64,000 bases of DNA. Source: an uncultured delta proteobacterium. Lineage in GTDB: Bacteria > Desulfobacterota > Desulfobacteria > Desulfobacterales > Desulfosalsimonadaceae. Positions 1-10,863 of the stretch are shown here, piece after piece. The notes beneath the pieces are model-generated. The model was not told where the DNA came from. It ran no database searches and saw only the letters and a list, made by a program, of their open reading frames with translations. Both the position numbers and the translations under genes were made by a program. The stretch is from contig CAWGYD010000008.1 in the NCBI GenBank assembly GCA_963826785.1, forward strand, positions 256,001-320,000. The letters run 5' to 3'. Each line of letters opens with the position of its first letter. Position 1 is the first letter of the stretch.

Positions 1-1
1 C

Positions 2-766
2 GGCTGGGAAGGGAGTGCCGATTCCCTGTACCTGGTATCGGCCGCCGGCCTGCTCTTTGAAAACGGCTACGACGTCTTTCGCCTGAATTTGCGGGACCAC
101 GGAAAAACCCACCATTTAAACCGGGAACTGTTTCACTCCTGCAGGATTCATGAGGTGGTGGCCGCCATCAGGACGATCCAGGATACCTTTTTCCACACCC
201 GTCTGCTCCTGGGCGGATTTTCCCTGGGTGGAAATTTTGCCCTTCGGGTGGCGGTGCGGGCCCCGGATGCCGGCATCCATGCGGAAAAAGTGGCGGCGGT
301 CTGCCCGGTGCTGCGCCCCTTGAGCACGCTCGATGCCATGGAAAACGGGTTTTTCCTCTACGAGGGGTACTTCATGAAGAAATGGCGCCGGTCCCTGCGA
401 TTGAAAGAGGGATTCTTTCCGGACCTGGTGAAAATGGACGAAGTCAACCGGCATACCTCCATACGGGCGCTGACCGATTATTTCATCCGTGAATACACCG
501 ATTTTGCGAATCTTGACGCCTATCTTTCCGGGTACGCCATTACCGGAGAAGCATTAAAGGCCCTGCAGATTCCCGCTTTCATCATTTCCAGCCTGGACGA
601 CCCGGTAATCCCCTCGGAGGACCTCAAAAACCTCTATGCCTCGGATTGTCTTCACATTGAACCCGTGCCGTTTGGCGGCCACTGTGGTTTTATCGAAAAT
701 TTTGCGTTCAGGAGCTGGGCGGAGCGGCGGATACTGGAACTGTTTGAAGAAGGTTCAGCCTCTTAA
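2..766 (+). CDS. Alpha/beta-fold hydrolase, YheT-like (5' end outside the window)
   Basis: Frame is open from nt 2 (GWEGSADSLY...RLNLRDHG). Nucleophile elbow GFSLGG, then SLDDPV and GGHCGF (Ser-Asp-His triad). Confidence 0.85.
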   Translation, partial: GWEGSADSLYLVSAAGLLFENGYDVFRLNLRDHGKTHHLNRELFHSCRIHEVVAAIRTIQDTFFHTRLLLGGFSLGGNFALRVAVRAPDAGIHAEKVAAVCPVLRPLSTLDAMENGFFLYEGYFMKKWRRSLRLKEGFFPDLVKMDEVNRHTSIRALTDYFIREYTDFANLDAYLSGYAITGEALKALQIPAFIISSLDDPVIPSEDLKNLYASDCLHIEPVPFGGHCGFIENFAFRSWAERRILELFEEGSAS

Positions 767-775
767 TAACGCCCG

Positions 776-834
776 CCCCCTCGAGGGGGGACTCCTTTTT
801 ATTCCCCCTTAGAGGGGGGACCAAGGGGGGTGTT
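776..834. repeat. REP-like palindromic repeat, family B (CCCCCTCGAGGGGG core)
   Basis: ccccctcgagggggg...ttcccccttagagggggga ccaaggggggtgtt. The same motif occurs near 7.94, 25.34, 42.39 and 53.77 kb. Confidence 0.8.
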
Positions 835-906
835 GGACCTTTGGACAGCAAAAAAATAAAGTAAAACGCAAACGCAATAACATGTGTGCGGCATCCCTGA
901 AATATT

Positions 907-2472
907 TTATCGCGCCGGATACCCCGTGATCTCCTGGATGCTCCTGTAAAGCGGTTTGAGCTGTTTGAAAATCTTGGTGTAGACCTTTTCGTAAAGGGCC
1001 AAATAGAGTTCGTGGTTCTGGGCGATGGGCTCGAACACGTCCCTGACCCGGGTCATCTCCGATACCGCCGCATTGAAATCAGAATAGAACTTGAGCCCTA
1101 CCGCCGCATCGATGGCCGCGCCGATGGCGGATGTTTCATGGGTATGGGGCCGCTGGGCGGGAAGCCCGAAAATGTCGGCCGCAATCTGCATGGCCGTATC
1201 GCTCTGGGAGCCGCCCCCGGAGACCCGCAGGCCCCGGATGGGAACCTTGTTTTTCTTTTCGGTGACATCGGCCCCTTCCTTGAGCCCGAAAATCAATCCC
1301 TCGATAATGGCCCGGTAAAAATGCGCCCGGGTGTGGATATCGCCGAACCCGATCACAGCGCCTTTGACATACTTGGCGGTATGCGGCCCCGGGGTCCAGT
1401 GGGGATGCAGGATCAATCCCAGGGAGCCGGGGGGCACGTCCCGGATCATGGCGTCAAAGAGCATCTCCGGGGTGACGCCCTCCTTTTGGGCCTCCTCGAT
1501 CTCCTTCTGCCCGAACTGCTCCTTGAACCAGGAGACCATCCAGAACCCCCGCATGATGGAGACCTCGGTATAATAGGTGTCGGGAACGGCGGCCGGATAA
1601 GGAGGGAAGAAACTTTGGACCTCCACGTACTTGGCGGTGGCGGTGTTGACCGTGGCGATGGTGCCGAAGCTCAGGCAGGCGGTTTCCGGGGTCATGCATC
1701 CGGCCCCCAGGATCTCGCAGGCCTTGTCGCTGGCCGCGGCGATCACGGGCAACCCCTTCGGGATGCCGGTCTCCTCTGCGGCCCTGGCAGTGATCCGGCC
1801 CATTTCTTCCCCCGGCTTGACCAAAGCGGGGAGCTTTTGGGCATCCACAGGAAAAATCTTCCACTTGAAATCGTATTTTCCCGCCCACTGGTAGGTTTTG
1901 TTGTTGACGGGCAGATATCCGACGTTGCTGCCGGTGGAGTCGACAAATTCGCCGGTCAGCTTGTAATTGAAATAGCCGGACAGGAGCAGGTACTTGTGGG
2001 TCTTTTCCCAGATATCCGGCTGCTGCTGCTTGATCCAGTTGACTTCCGCATCCGCAATCACCCCTTCGGCGAATTCGAGCAGCCGGGCCGCCTTGAGCAC
2101 GGGCTTGAGCACGCCGGGAATGATTTTGCCGGCATCGGCCTTGCGGTTGTCCAGCCAGGTGATGGCGGGCCGAAGCGCCCGGCCCTCGCGATCCACATTC
2201 ACCACGGTGGCCCGCTGGGTGGTCACGGCCACCCCCGCAATGCGCTGCTTCAGCTCTCCAATTTTTTCGAAGAGCAGTTTGCAGGTACTGCAGAACATGG
2301 ACCAGTAGTAGTCCGGCTCCTGCTCCGCCCAACCGGGATTTCTGGAAAAATAGGGTTCGATGGGCGTCTTGACGATGTGCAGGATATCGCCCTTCAGGTC
2401 CACCACAGAAGCCCGGATCGACTGGGTTCCCGCATCGATGGACAGAATCAGCTGACCATTTACATTTCCCAT
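907..2472 (-). CDS. FGGY-family carbohydrate kinase
   Basis: N-terminal SIDAGTQSIRA phosphate motif, PGWAEQ, WLDNR, and C-terminal VSGGGSQS / ETSAIGAAI. Confidence 0.92.
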   Translation of the reverse strand: MGNVNGQLILSIDAGTQSIRASVVDLKGDILHIVKTPIEPYFSRNPGWAEQEPDYYWSMFCSTCKLLFEKIGELKQRIAGVAVTTQRATVVNVDREGRALRPAITWLDNRKADAGKIIPGVLKPVLKAARLLEFAEGVIADAEVNWIKQQQPDIWEKTHKYLLLSGYFNYKLTGEFVDSTGSNVGYLPVNNKTYQWAGKYDFKWKIFPVDAQKLPALVKPGEEMGRITARAAEETGIPKGLPVIAAASDKACEILGAGCMTPETACLSFGTIATVNTATAKYVEVQSFFPPYPAAVPDTYYTEVSIMRGFWMVSWFKEQFGQKEIEEAQKEGVTPEMLFDAMIRDVPPGSLGLILHPHWTPGPHTAKYVKGAVIGFGDIHTRAHFYRAIIEGLIFGLKEGADVTEKKNKVPIRGLRVSGGGSQSDTAMQIAADIFGLPAQRPHTHETSAIGAAIDAAVGLKFYSDFNAAVSEMTRVRDVFEPIAQNHELYLALYEKVYTKIFKQLKPLYRSIQEITGYPAR

Positions 2473-2558
2473 TTTCCCTCTCCCCCGGTCGCTGTTTATC
2501 TCAAAGCCTCGGATTCGTATTCATGCACGTGCACCGTCCAGTGTCCAGTGTCCGAATA

Positions 2559-4250
2559 TTAATCCAGTCCCAGATGCCCCCCCGGATTCATGATGCCGTT
2601 GGGATCGAAATGGTTTTTCAGCGCCCGCAATACCGCCATCTGCTCTTTGCCCAGGTGCTTTTCCATGAAGGGTGAAAACAGTTTGCCCACCCCGTGATGA
2701 TGGCTGATGGACCCGCCGTTCTTGATGATCGATTCGATGACCCCGTGATGAAATTTCTGATACTCCTTGAGTTCGATCATCTTTAAAATGAAGATGAAGT
2801 AAAGATTGGTCCCCTGGGGATAAAAATGCGAGGCATGGGTCATGCAGATGGTATGCGGCCGGCTCTTGATATAGGAACGGACGCCCTGGTGCAGCCGGTG
2901 CAGGTTGTCCCAGGTCACCCCGGACTCCACGGTGTCGATGATGATGCCGTAGTCCATGAGGTCCTCGCGCATGTAGGGCTCCTTGTAGCGCGTCTTTTCC
3001 CACAGGCCGGTGGCATACCCGGTCAGGTTCATGGCCCCGTACTGCCGACATACCCGGGCCACCTGGGCTTTTACGTACTTGGCATAGCTCTTTTCCCCTT
3101 CCGTGGTGCCCAGGCACAGGCACCGCTCCATGGGCCGATACCCCCGCAGGTGGATGAGGCTGTCCACCGGCCCCCCCTGGAGGCCGAAGAGCTTCAATCC
3201 CACCTCGGTTTCCTCGGGGTCGGAAATCCGGTAGACCGCGGGAACGCCGAATTCGCCCTGCATGATCTCCCGGCTGGCGTTCACCGCCTTTTCCCAGGAA
3301 GGGAACATGAAGGCAAACCGCTGGCGGTTATCCGGCATGCAGCGGAAGATCTTCATGGTCAGTTCCACCAGCACACCGAAAGCCCCCTCGTTTCCTTTCA
3401 TGATGTCGTTGATCTTGGGGCCGGTGGCGGTGGCGGGAAATTCCAGGGTTTTAAATGACCCCGCCGGCGTGACGTATTCCTGGCTGATCACCAGGTCATA
3501 GGCATCACCGTAGTAGGTGGAGGCCTGGCCCGATCCCAGTGTGACGATCCAGCCCCCCACGGAAGAATATTCAAATGACTGGGGGAAGTGGCCGCAGGTG
3601 TAGCGGCGGGCAGTCTTGAACCGCTCCGGCGCATTGTTCAACGCCTCTTCATAGGCGGGGCCGAACATGCCAGCCTGAACCCGGGCGGTCTGGTTGAGTT
3701 CGTTGATGGAAAGCACCTTGTTCATATGCGTGCTCATCACCAGCATGACCCCGCCCTTAGGCGTTTGCAGGCCGAAGGTCACCGAAGATCCGCCGCCGTA
3801 GACATAAAGGGGAATTTTTTCGTCACTGCAATAAGCGACGATCTTTGCCACATCTTTCTTGTTCCGGGGGTGCACGACCACATCCGGAACCTGGGCGACC
3901 CGATGGTGGCGAAGGTCCAGGGCTTCGTCCACTGTTTTGCCGTGGCTGTATTTTACCCGGCTGTAGTCGTCGGTGGACACGTTTCGCTTGCCCGCCAGCT
4001 CTTCGATTTTATGGATCTGCGCTTCGGAGAGACCGATTTTCCGGTCGATTTTGACGGCTTCGTCCCCCTCGAATTTCGGTTTTTTAAAATCCGCATCCGA
4101 CATGTTGAATTCGGCCTTGAGCATCTCGAACCATGCATGATTGGGGTGCTTGTATTCATCGGGGCGTCCCCACTTGAAGATGGACCGATAGGATTTCTTC
4201 GCCGGCGGCTTTTCGCGCCAGTCCGGTTCAAACACGCTCTTGTCAGACAT
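2559..4250 (-). CDS. FAD-binding oxidoreductase, alkyl-DHAP-synthase-like (VAO/PCMH family)
   Basis: YGGGSSV, GHFPQSFEYSSVGGW, GNEGAFG, HASHFY and C-terminal SHHHGVGK...DPNGIMNPG. Start set at MSDKS after a GGAG RBS. Confidence 0.88.
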   Translation of the reverse strand: MSDKSVFEPDWREKPPAKKSYRSIFKWGRPDEYKHPNHAWFEMLKAEFNMSDADFKKPKFEGDEAVKIDRKIGLSEAQIHKIEELAGKRNVSTDDYSRVKYSHGKTVDEALDLRHHRVAQVPDVVVHPRNKKDVAKIVAYCSDEKIPLYVYGGGSSVTFGLQTPKGGVMLVMSTHMNKVLSINELNQTARVQAGMFGPAYEEALNNAPERFKTARRYTCGHFPQSFEYSSVGGWIVTLGSGQASTYYGDAYDLVISQEYVTPAGSFKTLEFPATATGPKINDIMKGNEGAFGVLVELTMKIFRCMPDNRQRFAFMFPSWEKAVNASREIMQGEFGVPAVYRISDPEETEVGLKLFGLQGGPVDSLIHLRGYRPMERCLCLGTTEGEKSYAKYVKAQVARVCRQYGAMNLTGYATGLWEKTRYKEPYMREDLMDYGIIIDTVESGVTWDNLHRLHQGVRSYIKSRPHTICMTHASHFYPQGTNLYFIFILKMIELKEYQKFHHGVIESIIKNGGSISHHHGVGKLFSPFMEKHLGKEQMAVLRALKNHFDPNGIMNPGGHLGLD

Positions 4251-4513
4251 GGTCTTCTCCCTTTTGATGTTTATCAGCACTCGATATAAAAAAGTTCGGA
4301 TAGATCAAATATCGCCCGCCAGATAGGATTTAGGATTTACAGGCTTGGAAGAATCATAACGAAATATTGGCAAAACACAAATTAAAAATCTTACATGACC
4401 GGTTTCAAAATCTTTCAGAACATGTGCCGTCCTGGACATCGCAAAACATCGGAGGAAGGGAGTCAAAGAAGGAAACAAAGAAGGAGTGTTGAATTTTAAA
4501 AGGTGCAGACGCA

Positions 4514-4543
4514 AAGCGCCCCGGGGAAACCCCCGGGGCGCTT
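4514..4543 (-). terminator. Probable intrinsic terminator after glnA
   Basis: Perfect 13-bp stem AAGCGCCCCGGGG / CCCCGGGGCGCTT with a 4-nt loop, about 35 nt after the glnA stop. The U-tract is short. Confidence 0.7.
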
Positions 4544-4577
4544 ATGCAGTGATTTACGACTTTAGGAAAACGTATGT

Positions 4578-5993
4578 TTAAATGTCATAGTACAGGAAGA
4601 ACTCATGGGGATGCGGCCGCAGTTTCATGGCGTTGACCTCCGCATCGGTCTTGTACTCGATCCAGCGCTCGATGACGTCCTTGGTGAATACGTCGCCCTT
4701 GAGCAAAAACTCATGGTCTTCCTTGAGGGCGGCCAGTGCTTCTTCCAGGGAACCCGGTGCGGACGGGATCTCGGCCAGTTCTTCCGGCGGAAGATCATAG
4801 ATGTTCTTGTCCAGCGGATCGCCCGGGTCCATCTTGTTCTGGATGCCGTCGAGCACCGCCATCAGGACCGCGGAAAATGCGAGATAGCCGTTGCAGGAGG
4901 GGTCCGGGGTGCGAAATTCGATCCGCTTGGCCTTGGGTGAAGAGGAATACATGGGGATGCGGACCGCCGCACTCCGGTTCCGGCTGGAGTAGGCCAGGTT
5001 GACCGGCGCTTCGAAACCCGGCACCAGTCGCTTGTAGGAGTTGGTGGTCGGGTTGGTGAAGGCGCACAGTGCCTTGCAGTGTTTCAGGATGCCGCCGATG
5101 GCATACAGGGCTTCCTGGGAAACGCCCGCGTACTTGTCCCCGGCGAACAGCGGCTGGCCTTCCTTCCAGATGCTGACATGGGTGTGCATGCCCGATCCGT
5201 TGTCCTCGAACAGCGGTTTGGGCATGAACGTCACCGTCTTGTTGTATTTATGGGCCACGTTTTTCAGAACGTACTTGAACCACACCAGCTGATCGCCCAT
5301 CTCCAGAAGGGGCTTGAACCGCATGTCGATTTCGGCCTGGCCGCCGGTGGCCACCTCGTGATGCTGGCATTCCACGTCAAATCCGAGATCCTGCAGGGTC
5401 AGCATCATCTCGGTGCGGATATTCTGCTGCTTGTCCATGGGAGGAACCGGGAAATACCCTTCCTTGTGGCGGGGTTTGTAGCCCAGGTTCGGAAATTCGT
5501 CCCGGCCGCTGTTCCAGATGCCTTCTTCGGAATCGACCATGTAGAAGGCCTGGTGACGGCCGGATTCGAACCGCACATCGTCAAAGATAAAAAATTCCGC
5601 TTCCGGCCCGATAAACGCCGTGTCTCCGATACCGGTCTGTTTCAGGTAGGCTTCGGCCTTCTGGGCCACATGCCTCGGGTCACGGGTATACGGTTCATGG
5701 GTAATGGGATCGACGATGTTGCCGATCAGCACCACGGTTTTTTCCTCATAGAAGGGATCCACCTTCATGGAGGAAGGGTCCGGAACGACCAGCATGTCGC
5801 TGGCGTTGATGGGCTGCCAGCCCCGGATGCTCGATCCGTCGAACCCGAACCCGTCTTCGAAGCAGGATTCGTCCACTTCGGTGGACGGAACGCTAAAATG
5901 CTGCCAGATCCCGGGAAAATCCATGAACCGGAAATCCACTACCCTGATTTTCTCCTGTTTGATAAACTCCAATACATCTTTGGCACTAGTCAT
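4578..5993 (-). CDS. glnA: Glutamine synthetase type I
   Basis: [41 protein letters not shown] and the adenylylation site KNIYDLP. Confidence 0.98.
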   Translation of the reverse strand: MTSAKDVLEFIKQEKIRVVDFRFMDFPGIWQHFSVPSTEVDESCFEDGFGFDGSSIRGWQPINASDMLVVPDPSSMKVDPFYEEKTVVLIGNIVDPITHEPYTRDPRHVAQKAEAYLKQTGIGDTAFIGPEAEFFIFDDVRFESGRHQAFYMVDSEEGIWNSGRDEFPNLGYKPRHKEGYFPVPPMDKQQNIRTEMMLTLQDLGFDVECQHHEVATGGQAEIDMRFKPLLEMGDQLVWFKYVLKNVAHKYNKTVTFMPKPLFEDNGSGMHTHVSIWKEGQPLFAGDKYAGVSQEALYAIGGILKHCKALCAFTNPTTNSYKRLVPGFEAPVNLAYSSRNRSAAVRIPMYSSSPKAKRIEFRTPDPSCNGYLAFSAVLMAVLDGIQNKMDPGDPLDKNIYDLPPEELAEIPSAPGSLEEALAALKEDHEFLLKGDVFTKDVIERWIEYKTDAEVNAMKLRPHPHEFFLYYDI

Positions 5994-6059
5994 TGATTCC
6001 TCCTTGTGTGTTTGTTTATCGGCACTCGATCTACCGTGTTTCAGGTTCTGAATCTAATT

Positions 6060-6134
6060 GGAATAATGGAATATTGGGTCAATGAAGAGGTAACCACTGA
6101 CCTATTATTCCATCATTCCATCATTCATCATTCC
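6060..6134. repeat. Hairpin built from ATTCCATC-type 8-mer repeats between glnK and glnA
   Basis: GGAATAATGGAATATTGGGTCA (6060-6081) pairs 19/22 with TGACCTATTATTCCATCATTCC (6098-6119), followed by more ATTC(C)ATC units. Confidence 0.7.
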
Positions 6135-6163
6135 CTTATCTTTTGGGAACCTTTGATGAGAGG

Positions 6164-6517
<354 letters not shown>

Positions 6518-6559
6518 TTATGTGAATTTTTATATGCAATGCGTTTGATGAAGAGCGGA

Positions 6560-7855
6560 TCAGCTGATCTCAAACCCTCTTTCCCCGTGAATGGCGCTGT
6601 CGAGCCCCTCGATTTCATTTTCGATTTCCACCCGCAGGCCCCCCGCCAGCATCTTGGTCACCATCACCACCACCCAGGTGCCGGCGGCAGTGTAGGCGAC
6701 CGTGGCCAGGATGGAGACGATCTGGATGCCAAACTGCGATGCATTGCCGTAAAACCATCCGGCGGAGCCGGAAATTGCCGGGGAGGCAAACAGGCCGGTG
6801 GCCAGCGCGCCCCACATGCCGCAGATGCCGTGCACGCCAAAGGCGTCCAGGGAATCGTCATACCCCATCTTGTGCTTGAGCTTGGATACGCTGAAAAAAC
6901 CGATCACCCCGGCAAAAAAACCGATCACCAGTGAAGCCGGCATGTTCACGTACCCGGCGGCGGGCGTAATCGCCACCAGTCCCGCCACCACCCCCGAGGC
7001 GATTCCCAGGACGGTGGGTTTTTTCGTGAAGTACCATTCCATAAACATCCAGGAAAGCGCGGCCATGGCGGCGGAAGTGTTGGTGGCCAGAAACGCCGAC
7101 CCGGAAACCCCGTTGGCTGCCAGGGCACTTCCCGCATTGAAGCCGAACCAGCCGAACCACAGCAGGGCCGCTCCCAGGGCGGTCAGGGTGATGCTTGACG
7201 GGAACATGGCCTCTTTGCCGTACCCGTGGCGTTTGCCCAGCATCAGGGCCAGCACCAGGCCGGCCACACCGGCATTGATGTGAACCACGTTGCCGCCCGC
7301 GAAATCGAGCGCCCCCATGTCGGCCATCCAGCCCCCTCCCCATACCCAGTGGGCGATGGGGCAGTAGATGAAGGTGAGCCACAGCACCGCAAAGATGATC
7401 CATGCGGAAAACTTCATCCGATCGACAACGGAGCCGAGCACCAGGGCCACGGTAATGCCGGCAAAGGTCAGCTGAAACAGGACGAACACGAAAGTGGGAA
7501 TGGTGCCCGTAACGCTTTCGACCCCGATCCCGTTTAAAAAAAGGTGGTCCAGATTACCGATGACGCCGCCTGCGTCCGGTCCGAAAGCCAGGGTATATCC
7601 CCACAACACCCAGATGATGCTGCCCAGGCAGTAAGAAACAAAGGTCATGGCAAAGGTATTGAGCAGGTTTTTGTACCGGCTCATGCCCGAGTAGAACAGC
7701 GCCAGCCCCGCCGGGGTCATCATCATGACCAGGGCGGTGGCCACGATAATCCAGGCCGTATCCCCGCTGTCAATCGCATCCGCTGCAAATGCCGGCCCTG
7801 CGGACAGCAAAAACAGGATCAGCATCATTATCCATGTGGTCGCTTTTCTCTTCAT
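6560..7855 (-). CDS. amtB: Ammonium transporter
   Basis: DFAGGNVVH, WFGWFGFNAGS, GLVAITPAAG and DDSLDAFGVHG, with a signal-like N-terminus. Confidence 0.97.
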   Translation of the reverse strand: MKRKATTWIMMLILFLLSAGPAFAADAIDSGDTAWIIVATALVMMMTPAGLALFYSGMSRYKNLLNTFAMTFVSYCLGSIIWVLWGYTLAFGPDAGGVIGNLDHLFLNGIGVESVTGTIPTFVFVLFQLTFAGITVALVLGSVVDRMKFSAWIIFAVLWLTFIYCPIAHWVWGGGWMADMGALDFAGGNVVHINAGVAGLVLALMLGKRHGYGKEAMFPSSITLTALGAALLWFGWFGFNAGSALAANGVSGSAFLATNTSAAMAALSWMFMEWYFTKKPTVLGIASGVVAGLVAITPAAGYVNMPASLVIGFFAGVIGFFSVSKLKHKMGYDDSLDAFGVHGICGMWGALATGLFASPAISGSAGWFYGNASQFGIQIVSILATVAYTAAGTWVVVMVTKMLAGGLRVEIENEIEGLDSAIHGERGFEIS

Positions 7856-7939
7856 TCTACCCCCTGTTCATGGCTTAAAAATTTCTTCGATTACCCTGTT
7901 CGTTTAGACGATACCTAAATGTGTTTGTGCAACCGCTTG

Positions 7940-8062
7940 ACACCCCCCTGGCCCCCCTCAAGGGGGGATTTCTATCGAGAGTGCCCCCTCGTTGAGGATT
8001 CCTATATGGAGAGTATCCGTAAATCATTTCAATTCCCCCCTTGAGGGGGGCCAGGGGGGTGT
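7940..8062. repeat. Family B repeat doublet with 29-bp perfect inverted arms; the right arm overlaps the glnD 3' end
   Basis: ACACCCCCCTGGCCCCCCTCAAGGGGGGA (7940-7968) is the exact reverse complement of 8034-8062. Confidence 0.85.
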
Positions 8063-10698
8063 TCCCCCACATGAGGCAGCACCGACAGAATTTCCGTCTT
8101 GATCTGCTCCACCTGTTCCGGGTCGGTGATTTTTTCATCGGATTCATCCCGGACATAGAATACATCCACCACCTGGTCGAGCTTGGTGGCGATTTTAGCC
8201 ACCCGGATATTGAGTCCGCACCGGCTGATGGCATCGGTAATCCTGTGAAGCAGCCCGGGAAAATCATATGCGAACACCTCGACAATGGTGAAAAAGCTCG
8301 ACATGTCATTATCCACCTTCACCCGGTTGGGCCGGGTGGATACATGGGGTTCGATGTGCCGGCCCGGCAGCACCTTCCGGGAAAGGGCCTCGGACAAATC
8401 CAGGTTTCCGGCAAGTGCGTCGTGGAGGTTTTTTTCCGCCCGCACCCAGCGCTCGGCCTCGAATATCTGGTCCGGCGGCGGCTCCACTTTGAAAATATCC
8501 AAAGCGATCTGGTTTCGCCAGGTGTAGACCTGAACATCTAAAATGTTGATGCTGTTTAAGGTAAACACCCCGGCAATGCGGGAGAACAGCCCGGGCCGGT
8601 CCTTGGCGCAGATGACCACGGTCCGGGTGTTGAGTTCCGGGTCCGGATGAACCTTCCACACGAACGGGGCGTCGCCCATGTTCTGGTAGAGGTTGATATG
8701 GGCGATGATGTCATCGGCATCGGTGTAGAGCAGATACCGGGGAGACATCTGGGATAAAAGATTTTGAAGCCCGCTTCCATTGAAGGCCACATCCTTCATG
8801 CCGACCACATAATCGGTTTTCTTCTCGATCAGCCGAACCGCTGCCGATGAGGCCAGTTCGCCGCTTTCCAGAATGCTCATCACCTTTAAAAACAAATCCC
8901 GCATCAGGGCTGCGGTCCAGTCGTTCCAGGCCTTTGGACCGGTGGCGACCGAGTCGGCGACAGTGAGGAGATAGAGCATTTTCAGGCGGTTTTCATCCTG
9001 GATCCGCCTGGCACACATGATGGCGGTCTCCTCATCGTTTAGATCCCGACGGGTGGCCGTCTTGGCCAGGAGCAGGTGATTTTCGATCAGAAAAGACACG
9101 GTCTCGATATCCCGCTGGGCATACCCGTTGCGCTCCAGCACGGTCTGGGCGATTTTCGCCCCGGCATCCGAATGTTTTCCACCGGGAAGCCCCTTGCCCA
9201 GGTCGTGCATCAGGGCGGCCAGCATGAGGGGCTTTTTCCGTTTCAGGCGCCGGTAAAGGTCCCCGCAGAGGACATCCCGGCAGGGGTCCTGAAACGTGCC
9301 GAAACTCTTAATGATGTACACCGTTTTGAGCATATGCCGATCCACCGGGAACAGGTGGTAGGCGTCATACTGGATGCGGTCCACCACGGTTTCATATTCC
9401 GGGATCAGGCGGACCAGGAATCCGGAGATGAGCATCTGCTCCAGCACATTGAAGGTGGGCGCCGGAGCCATGAGAATATTTTCGAACAGGGACCGGGCTT
9501 CCGGATCGGCCAGATACCTTTCGCCGGCCAGATATCCGAACTCCCGGACCAGTCGGAGCGATTCCCGGCTCAAGGGGATCTTGAGCTCCGCGCTGACTTC
9601 AAAAATTCGGATCAGCAGCGTGGGATCATCCAGAATGGATTCGGGTGAATCGAAATTGAGCCGGCCCTCGGCCAGGTGAATTCCTTTTATCTGCTTCACC
9701 TTGCGGATGTTGTGCTTCCATTTGCCCGCCTGCTCATAGCCGAGCTCATATAAAAACAGGAGCAGCTGCTGTTTGATATGCGCCATATGGGCGTGCAGTT
9801 CACTCAGGAACCGCTCCACCGCGGACTGACCCTTTTCCGGCGAAAATCCCATGGCCCGGGCCAACCGATGCTGGTACTCGAAATAGAGCTGATCGCACTT
9901 GCGGGCAGCGATCAGATGAAGCTGATTGCGCACCGTCCAAATAAAGGACAGGGCCGTGCTCAGGTCGTTGTATTCGGCATGGGAAAGGCATCCCAGGTAT
10001 TCCAGGTCCCGTGTTTCTTTCAGTCCGAACCGGATATCCGCCACCCAGCGCATGGTGTGATAGTCCCGCAGCCCGCCGTTTCCTTCCTTCAGGTTCGGCT
10101 CCAGGAGAAAGGTGGAATCGCCGAAATCCTGGTGCCGCTGACGGTTGCGGTCCACCAGCCACTTGATGACCTTTTTTGATTTTCGGTGGATGATCCGGCG
10201 CTCGATCTGGTCCATCAGCTGGGTGTAAACGGATGAAATACCGCAGATGAACCGGGCGTCTAAAATAGAGGTGAAGACTTCATAGTCTTCCTGGGCGATT
10301 TTGAGGCATTCGCCGATGGAGCGGGTGGCATGGCCCACTTCCATGCGGATATCCCACAAGGGGTAAATGATTTCCCGGATCAGTTCGTCGGCTTCCCTGG
10401 GCACCCGATCCTGGAACAGGATCAATAGATCCACATCCGAATGGTAGCACTGCTCGGACCGGCCGTATCCCCCCAGGGCGATGATGGCATAGGGGTTCTT
10501 GATGATGTTCATGCGGGGGCCGATGTTGCTCGACTCGAAGCTGTTGCGGATATATTCGTCAATATAATGAGCGTAAGCCTTGAGCACCGAAGGGGTGTCC
10601 GCCGGATCATGATCGGAAAAGAGCGCTTCGCGCTTTTTCAGCAGATCCTTTGCAAATCCCGCCTGATTTTTTTCAATTGACTGATTCAACACATTCAT
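8029..10698 (-). CDS. glnD: [Protein-PII] uridylyltransferase
   Basis: ALGGYGR...SDVDL nucleotidyltransferase motif, EPNLKEGNGGLRD, HD domain (YH..DRH, LMHDLGKG) and two ACT domains (DRPGLF, DFPGLL). Start MNVLNQ follows a GGGAG RBS. Confidence 0.96.
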   Translation of the reverse strand: MNVLNQSIEKNQAGFAKDLLKKREALFSDHDPADTPSVLKAYAHYIDEYIRNSFESSNIGPRMNIIKNPYAIIALGGYGRSEQCYHSDVDLLILFQDRVPREADELIREIIYPLWDIRMEVGHATRSIGECLKIAQEDYEVFTSILDARFICGISSVYTQLMDQIERRIIHRKSKKVIKWLVDRNRQRHQDFGDSTFLLEPNLKEGNGGLRDYHTMRWVADIRFGLKETRDLEYLGCLSHAEYNDLSTALSFIWTVRNQLHLIAARKCDQLYFEYQHRLARAMGFSPEKGQSAVERFLSELHAHMAHIKQQLLLFLYELGYEQAGKWKHNIRKVKQIKGIHLAEGRLNFDSPESILDDPTLLIRIFEVSAELKIPLSRESLRLVREFGYLAGERYLADPEARSLFENILMAPAPTFNVLEQMLISGFLVRLIPEYETVVDRIQYDAYHLFPVDRHMLKTVYIIKSFGTFQDPCRDVLCGDLYRRLKRKKPLMLAALMHDLGKGLPGGKHSDAGAKIAQTVLERNGYAQRDIETVSFLIENHLLLAKTATRRDLNDEETAIMCARRIQDENRLKMLYLLTVADSVATGPKAWNDWTAALMRDLFLKVMSILESGELASSAAVRLIEKKTDYVVGMKDVAFNGSGLQNLLSQMSPRYLLYTDADDIIAHINLYQNMGDAPFVWKVHPDPELNTRTVVICAKDRPGLFSRIAGVFTLNSINILDVQVYTWRNQIALDIFKVEPPPDQIFEAERWVRAEKNLHDALAGNLDLSEALSRKVLPGRHIEPHVSTRPNRVKVDNDMSSFFTIVEVFAYDFPGLLHRITDAISRCGLNIRVAKIATKLDQVVDVFYVRDESDEKITDPEQVEQIKTEILSVLPHVGEHPPGPPQGGN

Positions 10699-10726
10699 GC
10701 TCCCGTTTTGCGTATGCCTGATTGAA

Positions 10727-10743
10727 TGCAACTGACATGCCAA
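10727..10743 (-). promoter_or_regulatory. sigma54 (-24/-12) promoter of glnD-amtB-glnK-glnA
   Basis: Minus strand reads TTGGCATGTCAGTTGCA (GG-N10-GC, close to TGGCAC-N5-TTGC), about 30 nt upstream of the glnD start. Confidence 0.85.
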
Positions 10744-10806
10744 CATGAAGAAACGCGTCAGACAGCGGATTTACGGACTGCAGCCTTTAGATCGAAAGCG
10801 AAAACA

Positions 10807-10863
10807 ACAATATTGTTTTACAAAATTGTAATTACGAAATACAAATTTGTAAAACAAATTGAT
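10807..10863. promoter_or_regulatory. Candidate enhancer-binding-protein site (UAS) for the gln operon
   Basis: Four ACAA-ww-TTGT-like boxes at 10807, 10820, 10841 and 10854. Segments 10813-10830 and 10840-10857 form a 17/18 inverted repeat. Confidence 0.6.

Noticed and set aside
1012..2562. Long antisense ORFs (also 19107-20543, 53924-55345, 61730-63052 and others)
   Set aside because: They are shadow frames of well-supported genes in GC-rich DNA and have no motifs.
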